NCBI GenBank assembly: GCA_028023455.1
Contig: JAQFVV010000002.1
Location: 33,604,001-33,668,000 of the forward strand
From: Epiperipatus broadwayi
Lineage: Eukaryota > Animalia > Onychophora
Direction of reading: 5' to 3'
DNA length: 64,000 bases
In this document: piece after piece, positions 1-10,806 of the stretch
Position numbering within the stretch: the first letter of the stretch is position 1
Layout of the letters: each line of letters starts with the position of its first letter
Position numbers and translations under genes: made by a program
The notes under the pieces: generated by a model
Databases searched by the model: none
Told to the model about the DNA's origin: nothing
What the model saw: only the letters and a program-made list of their open reading frames with translations

Positions 1-1571
1 GTGGTAATTTTTTTTATGAAATACAATGTTTAGTATTACATTCATATCGGCCTTTCAAGCCAATTGAGCAAATGCTTTGCGAGTGTTAAATAATAAATGA
101 ATAAATAAATAAATGCTTATTTATATAAATGTTTAGTATTATAAGAGATGTGTTTGTTATTATTTTAGGAAATTGTTTTAGTTCTATTATTTTTTATTGC
201 ATCTATTAAAAATATGAATGTTTATATTATTTACAGTAAATTTCATTGTGGTTTATATATATATAATCAAAAAAGCAAGTCATATATAACATGACATTAC
301 TTCTATAAGCTTGTATTTACAAAAATGCAATACAGAGAGCATACCAATAGTACAATTGTCAAAAATATTATTTTGCTGGTTTATATTTTTAGCAATAAAA
401 ATTGAAAGTAAAATTATTCATTTAAAAAAAATCTGAAGATATCAGTATCATTACAAAATGTAAAGGATACCAGCAAGCACTGACTGTGTGCACCACAATA
501 TAAAGAAACTGATAACATTAGTGATTAATAGATTATTTGGTCTGAAGATTTTCAAAGTGTGCATTTTGTTTATTATTTGGGGGGAAAATTGTAGTTTTCA
601 TTAATTTATTTACATATTTAAGCTTAATTACGCAACATATTTATAAAATATTTATTTTAAACCAAAACAATATGTGATTACAGTTAGATTTTTTTTAAAT
701 GTTTGTTGTTAAGAAGACAAGCCACAAAAAAACATAGTTTCAAAAAAGTGTAAATTGTTTTTATTGGCTAAAGGAACCTACATAATCATGGTGGAATAAT
801 TTTTTGTGAAATTTTAATGATAATAAGTGTAATTTTATATTTTAAAACATATATTTGTTATTTTATGTTGTGTCAACTAAAATCTATTTACATTTTAAAA
901 CTGGAATTAAAATAAAAGTATTTCATTTAATAATATCTATGAATAAGTGAGGCAATAATTCAATATCAAAAAACATTGTTACCTATATGAATTCAGTTTA
1001 ATGCTTTTTCTATTTTCCAAAGTTTATCTTTTAAAATGGCTTTGATTTTAAACTTATTTTGCAAAAATAAATGTAAAGATTATCAAAATATGTAGAATAA
1101 AGGTTTAATTGTAAAAATAAAATGTTGCAAATATGACCGTAGCTGCCATTAAGATCTTTCAAATAAGTGTGAGGAATTAGACTTTTAAAGAAATAAATTT
1201 TACTCAATTACATGCTGACGATAACATATAGCATTACATGGCTTATCCCAAAATATTTTTGATTGATTTGAAAGTTGATTTCTTCAGGATATTTTAGACA
1301 TTCCTCCACTTATATAAAAGAAAGATATAATAAAAGAGAATTAATCATTTATCATGAAAAATTATTGACATATGCTATTACATATATATTTAGTATAGTA
1401 ATTGTCTAAATGTTACATATTTCATAATATGAATTTTTACTGATGTCAACCTTTTATCAGTCAAAACTGTTGTCTTATGCTGATACTAAACTGCATGTCA
1501 GTATATTTGTCTGAAGATTTGTGATGATGGTGAAGAGTGAAATATTGTTATGATATGATGATATATTATTA

Positions 1572-1749
1572 GATGTGATATGTTGGACTATTTCCATCAT
1601 CTATGAGTGAATGTTGAACATATAGAAAATTTTAAACTATATTTAAACTTTCCAAATACAAACAACTTTTTAGTAGTAACACACATATAGACAAACACAG
1701 GTTAGTAATTACTCATAAATGATAGAAATAGTCCAACATATTGCATATC
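1572..1749. repeat. Imperfect inverted repeat (~40-bp arms)
   Basis: gatatgttggactatttccatcatctatgagt (~1577-1608) is the approximate reverse complement of actcataaatgatagaaatagtccaacatattgc (1711-1744). Confidence 0.6.
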
Positions 1750-1816
1750 AGTATAATATCAGTGACTTAAGCGATTGAATTTTGACTTATGAAATTGAAT
1801 TTCGAACATTATTTAT

Positions 1817-2153
1817 AAAACAGGTAAAAACTCACTATATATATTGCCACACACAGCAAGCTAGAGTAATCAATGGATGCTAGAACGCTTGTGCATAAAA
1901 TCCCCATCTAGTGCCTACTCATCCAATATCCCCAGACTAGTTTCTGGCTTATGGCCTTCATCAGTGAGGAGCCTTGGATCTGAGAGCACTGCACCTAAGA
2001 TCTTAGGATTTTATGCACAAGCCTTCTAGCATCCATTGATTACTCTAGCTTGCTGTGTGTGGCAATATATATATAGTGAGATTTTGCCTGTTTTAACAAC
2101 AGTTATACACAAGCATAAGCGAAGGTGGTCATGTGATGTTTATTGGCTTAAAA
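1817..2153. mobile_element. Family A non-autonomous PLE-like fold-back element with hammerhead
   Basis: Arms ~1817-1893 and ~2006-2095 are inverted copies, and the loop holds an HHR on the minus strand. The same sequence recurs at 3126-3480, 8996-9140 and 39006-39278. Confidence 0.8.
1921..1979 (-). ncRNA. Minimal type-I hammerhead ribozyme (family A)
   Basis: Minus strand: AUCCAA GGC UCCUCA CUGAUGA A GGC CAUAA GCC A GAAA CUAG UC UGGGGA UA UUGGAU. Helix I has an internal loop, helix III is palindromic (ACUAGU), and the GUC site predicts cleavage between 1935 and 1934. Confidence 0.85.
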
Positions 2154-2524
2154 CATTATATATATATTTGATAGTATAATTAGCATATTTTCTGGCATAT
2201 AGAACATACTTTTTCCCCTCAAAATATGCCTAAAATATAGTGTAATGGCACACACGCCATTACAATAGGGTGCATCTTATGTACCAGTAGTCAAAATTAT
2301 GAATTGAAATTTTAGTCAGACTAAAATTTCTGATTTAGGTTAATATGCATATATATATAATTATTCTTTTGCCTTTTGTCATGCAAAAAACATATACATA
2401 AGCATGCATGCATTTTATCCTTTTGCAGAAGTAAAAAAATATTTACAAATACACATGAATATAAGCATGCATGTAAGCTATATGTAGCTACACAACATAG
2501 TCATACTAATATATATATATATCT

Positions 2525-2701
2525 AAAATATACAAACCATTATACAATTACAAATATCCAGTAACGCCCTCTGTTTAAAGTACTATATCTCAATAATAGC
2601 AAACTGTAAAATGATTTTATGGTTTGCTATTATTGAGATATAGTACTTTAAACAGAGGGCGTTACTGGATATTTGTAATTGTATAATGGTTTGTATATTT
2701 T
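2525..2701. repeat. Near-perfect 177-bp hairpin
   Basis: 2525-2604 is the exact reverse complement of 2622-2701; the 17-nt centre also pairs (two G-U) down to a 3-nt loop. Confidence 0.95.
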
Positions 2702-2866
2702 CTATAATTATTTCAGTTAGTGTTAACAGTAACTTACTTTTCATCTATATATATATTATTACAAATCGATGACTGTGTTTCTTCAAAATAATATACATAA
2801 ATTTATAAATAAATATTAGAAAATACAGTATTTAAAAGTTTATAAAAATATATCTATAACCGTCAC

Positions 2867-2908
2867 TTAGAAGCGCTTTCAACTATCTTTGTAGTTTTTG
2901 TCACCTAA
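2867..2908 (-). ncRNA. Hammerhead-like motif with GUGACAA core
   Basis: Minus strand: UUAG GUGACAA A AACUA CAAAGA UAGUU GAAA GCGC U U CUAA. All three helices pair; only positions 3 and 8 (G, A) are non-canonical. Confidence 0.55.
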
Positions 2909-3125
2909 TACTTTAAAATGTCAGCCTTCCCATAATTCCATGATGTTAACTTTGCCATAATTCTGTGATTTTAACGTTTGCTGATTGCCTATTAATTAAA
3001 TCTTTCTTGTATTTATATATTAACATCGCTTCTTTAATTTTTCTTTTACTATTATTTTATTCAGTTTCCAATATTTTTATGTTACTATAATTAAAATCAA
3101 AACCATATATACATGATTTATTATG

Positions 3126-3480
3126 TTAAACCACTAAACACCACATGATCACCATCTCATGCTAGCACATAGCTGTTAGAAAACAGGCAAAACTCTCCAT
3201 ATAGTAGTGCCACCGTGTGCCAACCAGAGTAATCAATGGATTCCAGAAGGCTTGTGCATAAAATCCCTATCTAGTGCCTACTCATCCAATATCCCCAGAC
3301 TAGTTTCTGGATTGTGGCTCTCAGATCCAAGGCTCCTCACTGATGAGGCCACAATCCAGAAACTAGTCTGGGGATATTGGATTAGTAGGCACTAAATAGG
3401 GATTTTATGCACAAGCCTTCTGGCATCCATTGATTACTCTGGTTGGCACAAGGTGGCACTACTATATGGAGATTTTTTGC
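3126..3480. mobile_element. Family A PLE-like fold-back element
   Basis: Arms ~3185-3318 and ~3347-3480 are inverted; the full HHR is on the plus strand and the left arm carries the longer 3' tail. Confidence 0.8.
3325..3382 (+). ncRNA. Minimal type-I hammerhead ribozyme (family A, weakened helix II)
   Basis: AUCCAA GGC UCCUCA CUGAUGA GGC CACAA UCC A GAAA CUAG UC UGGGGA UA UUGGAU; predicted cleavage after 3368. Confidence 0.75.
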
Positions 3481-5923
3481 ATGATTTATTATGGTCATAA
3501 AAGACAGAAGCTGATAAATTATCATTATTTTTATAATTTTGTTTTGTATTTTGAACTCTTTTTAATAATAACAAGTGTTCCTTTGTTCTTTTTTCCAATA
3601 TTTAGATACTCTCATAATCATATCAATATTAGAGCAAAACATTCAAAATAACTTAATATCCTCATAATTATTAAAAAATTATTTTAAAATTAAATGATTA
3701 AAATATATATAAAAAGTTCTCTCAAACATGTAAGTCTATCCACAAGGTAAATAACGTACAGTTAAGAAAAGGGTCAATCTTCAAAATGTTTAGTTCTGCA
3801 GATGAATTTCAGGGTTTTGAGGATGAAGATTAAAAGATACCTAACTACAGTGTTAACTAGTTACATTTTTTGTGGATATAAATAAGTATAAAATTAGTAA
3901 AGTAAATTACTGTTGGAATTCACAAAAAAAATGTAGAAAATTATTATTATTTTCTTTAAAATGTGTATTAAAAATGGAGTGCACCTTATACACCACTGTA
4001 TCCTGTATGCTGGTAAATACTGTATATAGACTCTACATATTTTACAGTTTCAATCATCATTAACAAAGTTTCAAGAACTCTGCATTGTTAATTAAAACAT
4101 CAAACAGTTTAAACCTAACTTATGATATATATTTTTTGATTGATTTTCAAACACATTCCTTTAATCCGAATATTTAAGATATTTCTCTGTGTATGGAAAT
4201 GAGGTGTAAGATGGCTGATTTTTAATCATTGAAAGCTACTGTCTCATACTGCAGCTAGAAGACATATCAACTAACAATAAGACTGTATCTTATGAGATTT
4301 AATATCAAAAATTGCATATATATTTAGTTCTGTAATATTTTTTAAATTATATGTATTTCTCAAAAGTATTACATATTGATATCTGCTCTTCAAATAATGA
4401 GACTGTAAAAAGATATTATTGGTAATAGCTAAAATTTATTACCAAGTAATTTTTTGAATTCGTAACCCTTCTTTTCTGTAGAAACTTTAATTTATCTTCT
4501 ACATTTTAGCATTTTTGTTATTAGTCTTTTATTTTGCAGATAATGTTATTATTGTATATTATTAATAATAATAATTTATGATAACACTAATAGCAGGATT
4601 TGCTAGCTAAATATTTATTGATCTCAACTCATACGTCACTTCCTGTGCTCGGATGCCATGTGACTTTCTGAGAGACAATAATCGATTATTTTTTATAATA
4701 ATAGATGCAAAATAAGGCGTAGGAATTTACAAAAGTCGTATACTACAAAAATAATAGTCAGTAATCAGAAAACAGATAAAACAAAACAATACAAAAAGAA
4801 AAAAAACGTTTGCTAAAAAATAAATTTGTTTACGATAACTTAATTAACTTTAAAAGCTAATAATTTTTTAAAAAATAAATTATTCACATAAATCAAAATG
4901 TTATTTATTAATTGTTAAAAACTAATTGTTAAAAATAAATCAACATAAATTAAAACCATATGCATTTCATTGTTGATAAATTAAGACATTTATTTTATTA
5001 AACTAAAAAATATATTTTTAAATAAATTTTTCTTATATATATACGTTAATAAAAAAAATACATATAAATAAACAAGTAATAATAATAATTAAACATTGTC
5101 AATAATATATTTCAATCTTTTATTAATGTAAAACCATTTATGTGGGAGCATTTAGATTTTACTTAATAGTTTGGTATTTTATATTTCTGTTTATCATTTT
5201 TATTTATTTACAAGTGTTTTCGCAAGGATTTGCCAAATTATACTTTGCACATTCTAGTAAAATATTCTACTTTTCCAACGCTATTTATTGATAGGCTGGA
5301 CTTCAAAAATAATAAGATGCTGTCGCTGTTATGGATTTAAAAGTTTTTATTCTTTTCTTGGTTAATTTGGCTCTGAGAGCTAGAAGTAGATTACTGCAGA
5401 TACCTTTCGCATGGTTATTGGAGCACAATAGTTTCACTTCAAAAATCTAGAGACAATTTATCTCTTTTAAATTGAACTCGAAATTTTTTACTTTTAACCT
5501 TCAAACAACTGCTCAATCATGAGATGCAATATCTATATAAGTTTGTTTATAAACAAATACAAATAAAATCTAATTAGTAGTTAAAAAGCTTTAAATAAGA
5601 GAAAAAGAACAGAGAGGGGAGAAGAAAGGAAGAGAGAGAAAGGAAGCAGAATGAGAAAAAAGAAAAAATAATTATTATAATTTACAAGATAATACTCGTC
5701 TCTTTATATTAAAATAATTCTAGTGGATTAATAAATGGTTTTAATAATGCCCCAATAAAAGGCATTTAACAAATATTAATTAATCTTATATGTTACTTTT
5801 TATTGAACAGGTCTGTTTCATTGTTTAAAATTGTTTGTCCATCAGAGTTTATTTTTGATAGAATCAGCGAAAGTGTTATTTCTACAGGTGACAAATCTGA
5901 GGCACTTAAAATGATAACAGGTG

Positions 5924-6020
5924 TTTTTTTTCATGTGTCAAAGCATCAGCCGGAAGCGAACCCGCAAACCCGGGACAACTGCTTGTAAGGCAGCTGTGCT
6001 GACCACTCGGCCACCAGCGC
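5924..6020 (-). mobile_element. tRNA-Gly-derived SINE
   Basis: GCGCTGGTGGCCGAGTGGTCAGCACAGCTGCCTTACAAGCAGTTGTCCCGGG...GGGTTCGCTTCCGGCTGATGC followed by TTTGACACATG and an A tail; closely follows metazoan tRNA-Gly(UCC); A and B boxes present. Confidence 0.85.
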
Positions 6021-6758
6021 TTGCGTAAGTAAGAATGTAAAGCAATATAGACATGATGATGAAATTTTCATTTACATTGATCAAAAACAAACACTTCTTA
6101 GCTTCTGGATTTACACTTTGCTAATCATTGGGTTATCTGTGCAATTTCAAAAGATGGTTGATAAAATTTACTTAATGTTTCAATGCAACATGCAAAAAGA
6201 CTTGAGTAATTAATGTTTAAGAAAAATCTAAATCCTTTAGCAACCAACGATGGAAAAAATAATCTTCAGCAACATTTATTTTGAATATTTATCAACTTGA
6301 GAATGTAAGCCAGTTTAAATATCTGCTAAGTTTTTAAAGCAAAAAAAAAGTGGTTTTATATATTTAGATGCATTAGAGAGGTTTTTTTTATTACATTGAT
6401 ATAACCATGCAACCAGTTTAGTTGCATATAAAGCATATAAATATGTAAAGCATATTTATGTAAATATATAACTAAAGCAACAAATATGTAATGGTAATCA
6501 TCCTTTTAACAAAATATAAATACTGAATTGGTGATAAAAGTATACAATAATAAGCTATGATATTCGCAAATTAAATTCTAGTCTAAAGCAATTAGGGATA
6601 TCTAATAGGTGATCGTGTACATGGTAAAGTGACTATACAGTTTTTATTTTTAATTGACTAATTTATAATACTCACAAGTAACAATCATTTTAATAATTCC
6701 CATATTTCCTCTTTCTTTTTTATTCTTCATATAAATAAAGATACAATAAAAGACAAAT

Positions 6759-6811
6759 GACCCCCAAGATGCATTTCATGCTGAACCAGCACTCATCAGT
6801 TGGTCCAGGTC
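6759..6811 (-). ncRNA. Canonical minimal type-I hammerhead ribozyme (family C)
   Basis: GACC UGGA CCAA CUGAUGA GUGCUG GUU CAGCAU GAAA UGCA UC UUGG G GGUC; 6-bp helix II, palindromic helix III AUGCAU, AUC site with cleavage predicted between 6768 and 6767. Confidence 0.9.
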
Positions 6812-6960
6812 ACAGGTCTCATATATATCTTCATTACATGAAGAGTATTTATCTATTGGAAAATTGTCACATCTTTATTTACAGTCGCCAAACTTGCTCC
6901 ACTCACAACCTCGATTTCGTAAATTTTTGATAAACCTAACTATGTTTATCATTAATCATT

Positions 6961-7039
6961 TGGTCGGCACAGCTGCCTTACAAGCAGTTGTCCCGGGTTC
7001 GCTTCCCGGCCGATGCTATGACACATGAAAAAAAAAAAA
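6961..7039 (+). mobile_element. tRNA-Gly-derived SINE, 5'-truncated
   Basis: tggtcggcacagctgccttacaagcagttgtcccgggttcgcttcccggccgatgctatgacacatg followed by a poly-A tail; lacks the 8-nt internal duplication. Confidence 0.85.
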
Positions 7040-8022
7040 GAGTTCTCTAGCACAGATATAAACTTTAATCCAAGTTAAAAAGATTATCATATCAGACATT
7101 TTACACAGACCCATATACATGGCTTTTTATCTTCCTTCTCTTATGCGTATTATCGATTATTTTAATAATCTCCATACTTCCTCTTTCTTTTTTATTCTTC
7201 ATATAAATAAAGATACAATAAAAGACAAATGACCCCCCAAGATGCATATCAGACTAGATATACATAAAGTACAGCTTTTATGCAGATCGAGCCATGTTTC
7301 CCGACCTTTATTCTCTCCACATTAATATTATTAACTGACAAAATAAAATAGTCTACTTAGAATTTGGATGAGAAATAAACAAGTAACAAAATTACTAATA
7401 ATGACAATAATTTTAATTAACAAACAGAATGGGAATAATATAACTAATCGTATTTACATATTTACATCTAAATAGCTGAATGGAGGAGTATGTGTGATAT
7501 AAAAAGTCTTTGTTGATTAGCAATAATTCATTAAAAAAAGTTTATATTAAGTTTATTCAATTACCTATTCATGTTGCAGTGTGCTCACATTTCATTAGCT
7601 TTTAAATGTAAATATACAGCCTTCAGAATCATTATTATCTATATGCACTTTTTTAATATTTTAATTTCTCGTTTGTTTTAGTCGTAGTTTATTCCCATTA
7701 AGTTTTTTTCTATGATTGAAAGTGTCAAAATTATGCAGATTTATAAACCAAGTTATAGAAGAATATTTCCATTTGATCAGTTAATTAGAAGACAAGTTTC
7801 CTTATATCAACTGTCACACATTTTCAGTATCTGAAAGTAATTAATAGACCGGAAGAATTGAAGATAATTTCTAAATATTCTTTTGTTTACAGGTCAATAA
7901 TCAGACACATTACTGGAAATTTAAGGGTGAATCATTCTGAAATTTTACCCCAGTAACTACATTATATCTACTTAGATATTAAAATTTTATTGACTTCTAT
8001 CTTGTAGTAGAACAAAGAAGAA

Positions 8023-8122
8023 GCGTCAGTGATCGAGAAGTCAGCACGGCTGCCTTACAAGCTGTTGTCCCGGGTTAGTGGGTTCGCTTCCCGGTAGATG
8101 CTATGACACATGAGGAAAAAAG
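8023..8122 (+). mobile_element. tRNA-Gly-derived SINE
   Basis: Matches the family consensus over its full length. Confidence 0.85.
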
Positions 8123-8599
8123 AAAGCAATAATTCTCTTTATTTTTTGTTTACAAGTAGGTGATCCTGAGTTTCTTTTTCATCTCCTATTGGTTTCCATA
8201 GCAACTTAGTTTTATTAATAATTAATTTTATTTTACAATAAAGAATTGTAATACATTTTTAATTTTTACAATTATTATTATTTTAAATTACTTCATTTAT
8301 TTTATACACATGACATTTATGCATTTTAAAATACCTAATAAAATGCATATACATTTACCAAAAAGCCATGCATGTAAACTCTGCCATGGAGTTGCAATAT
8401 ATTTAGGTGCATTAGAGAGCTACTGCTTTTTAATTAGATTGATATAATGATGCACCCAAATCAGCTGATATAAAGTTGTTATTTCTATCTATTTATTGTA
8501 TGAAAGTGAAACTTGAATCTCTTTTCAACGAAACACAAAACCATGAAAAAATTTAATTTATGGATATCGTGTAGAATTTTAAAAAATATGTTGGAAATA

Positions 8600-8890
8600 A
8601 TGTAAGACCAATGAATACATTTTTCAGATTTCTGGATGAGATAGCATGGAATAAACTACTGCAAACATCTCATTTTCATTGGTCATGGGCATAAGGAATA
8701 AAACAGCAATTTAAAACTTCCTTTAAAAAATCCTGTATGAGCATGGTTTTCTTGAAAGAGGAAAACCTTATTTACATTATAAAGACTATTTCAAAGACAC
8801 TCTAAAGAAATGCAATATCCACTACCTTAATTGGTAAGATATAGCCAAGGATAGTACACTAAAGTGTCACAAGTAACATAGCATTGAAAT
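8600..8890 (+). pseudogene. Degraded RTE-type LINE RT C-terminal remnant
   Basis: A frame reads ...RGKPYLHYKDYFKDTLKKCNIHYLNW*DIAKDST, resembling the RTE G.P.LRYKD.LK..LK.C.I...W..A.DR region. Confidence 0.55.
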
Positions 8891-8995
8891 CTTTTAAAGT
8901 GAAAAGTTTGTTACAGAAGAAGTTAAAAATCAGTATCTCAAAATATAAAATAAATAGAAGAATGGATCACTATGTTTTATATACAGATGTATTTG

Positions 8996-9140
8996 TTTCA
9001 CTGATGAATGCCACAAGCTAGAAACTAGTCTGGGGATATTGGATGAGTAGGAACTAGATAGGGATTTTATGCACAAACCTTCCTATATCCATTGATTACT
9101 CTGGCTTGCACTGGTGACATTACTATATGGAGAATTTTGA
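8996..9140 (+). mobile_element. 5'-truncated family A copy with hammerhead core
   Basis: CUGAUGA at 9001-9007, GAAACUAGUC at 9021-9030, then the family A tail; the 5' strand of helix I is mostly lost. Confidence 0.75.
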
Positions 9141-9727
9141 CTCTTATATAATTCTTGCAATGCTCATCTCTAATATATTATAATTATTTCTCCACCTTTT
9201 TTTCTTGAGGACTAAATGACAATACTTATTTGCAAATAGCTGATGCTGCTCTCACTGTTTTTATTGTGCATACATATAGAGTTAATAATGTAGAATAACT
9301 TTATAAGACCTACTGAAGAGCATGATATCCACTCCAATATTTTCTCCATAGACAAATAATAATGAAAAGAAAGATTCACCAGACGAATTAACTTTTACTT
9401 GTAGAATATTTTATGGTTGTTCTTTCTATCTTTCTTCTCTGGCTAAAAGTAAGTTAGATACCATTGTATCATTTAATTATTGGTTAATTAGAAGGTTATC
9501 TATGAGCTATTTAAATTTAAAAAGTCCTACAATTTCATATAAATTCTTATGTAAAAATTTCAAGTATCGTCTAGGTTCAAACCTGATTTCATAGTCATTA
9601 TATAAAAATGGACTAATCACTACACAATGAGATTCTACGATCACAGTAAATATTTATATTCTATTGATTATCAATGCCATTAATAATTGTATAACTTGTA
9701 AAATATGTAACATTAAGAATGTAAAGT

Positions 9728-9868
9728 CATTCATAGAATAAAAAGCCCAAATGCCCCTATTAAGATAATTCTTAAGCAAGATTTTTGGAGAATCATGTAA
9801 ATAATTTTTTAGGAATCAATCTTGCGAATTATCTTAATGTATTTGGACTCGTTTATTCCATGAATGGA
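9728..9868. repeat. Imperfect inverted repeat
   Basis: cattcatagaataaaaagcccaaatg...taagataattc versus gaattatctta...catttggactcgtttattccatgaatg-like right arm. Confidence 0.55.
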
Positions 9869-10091
9869 TATATATATAAATTTCCCAGCAGTTACCATTA
9901 TATAATACATTGAGATTAATACTCCAATACTGGTCTATTAAATAAATGAAATTTTTTTCAATCCAAAGCCAAGATAATTTTTTTTTAAAGATTGGTCCAT
10001 CTTTTCTCTTTACCCCAATTCATATATAGAGGCTAATCTTAAGCATATTGGAGAGAAAGCATGAAGATTTTAAATCAATAATATTAGTCAA

Positions 10092-10195
10092 GCATTGGTG
10101 GTCAAGAGGTCAGTCACAGCTGCTTTACAAGCAGTTGTTTCGGGTTAGCGGGTTCACTTCCCGGTTGATGCTATGACACATGAGGGAAAAAAAAT
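10092..10195 (+). mobile_element. tRNA-Gly-derived SINE with target-site duplication
   Basis: Full-length copy flanked by aatcaataatatta / aatcaatcatatta. Confidence 0.85.
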
Positions 10196-10590
10196 CAATC
10201 ATATTACTTTATTAAAGCTATATTTCAAATTTCTTTATATTATTTTAATTGGTATTTATAAAAAAAAATTATATTTACAACTTAACTATCCTTGAACTTT
10301 GGATTGAGAGTATTTCATTTACATAATAAACCAGTGTTCGAGTATTAATCTTGATGTTTTATATAAATAATCTAGGCTATATTTAAAATCTCCACACTTC
10401 CACACATTTTCATATGAATAAATGAATAGAAAAAGAAAGATAAAGTTTAATTATTTCATGTATATATATTCTCCTCAATTGAATATGAAACAAACAATTT
10501 AATCGACAACTATATATTTAAATCATAAATTTATTTCCATCAAATAAAAAAGTACCATGAAATAATATATATGTGTATGTGTGTGTAATT

Positions 10591-10806
10591 GTATAATTGA
10601 ATATTTATAAATACAGTAATTAGATATATAGAAAGTGTAACTCTAAAATTTTTATTCATTTAAGAGCGATTTTGACTATTCTCATAGTCTTTGTCACTTC
10701 CAAAGACAAAGACTATGAGGATAATCAAAACTGTTCCAAAATAGATAAAATTTACAGTTATACTTTACATATATCTAATTACTGTATTTATAAATATTCA
10801 ATTATA
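10591..10806. mobile_element. Fold-back element with decayed hammerhead-like arms
   Basis: Imperfect inverted arms; the minus arm (10661-10701) reads GUGACAA A GACUAU GAGA AUAGUC AAAA. Confidence 0.6.

Larger units (their letters stand above)
2183..4022 (+). mobile_element. Possible degraded Tc1/mariner (Tc2/pogo-like) DNA transposon with nested insertions
   Basis: Loosely matching ends (catattttctggcatatag / rc cagtatttaccagcatacag), subterminal GGGTGCATCTTAT and GAGTGCACCTTATA motifs, an acidic C-terminus-like frame SSADEFQGFEDED* near 3790-3833, and TA after the right end. Confidence 0.4.
6689..7247 (-). mobile_element. Family C-related PLE-like insertion bounded by ~85-bp direct repeats
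   Basis: 6689-6776 is repeated at 7161-7247; the complete HHR is in the 3' copy; a SINE is nested at 6961. Confidence 0.6.
6470..8400. repeat. Unclassified old dispersed repeat (family X)
   Basis: Colinear, diverged similarity to ~50490-52110 (shared blocks such as aatggtaatcatccttttaa, atagtctac..agaatttggatga, gaagaatattt). Confidence 0.65.

Noticed and set aside
4630-4665. ACGTCACTTCCTG composite CRE/ETS-like promoter motif
   Set aside because: Short motif with no supported downstream gene.
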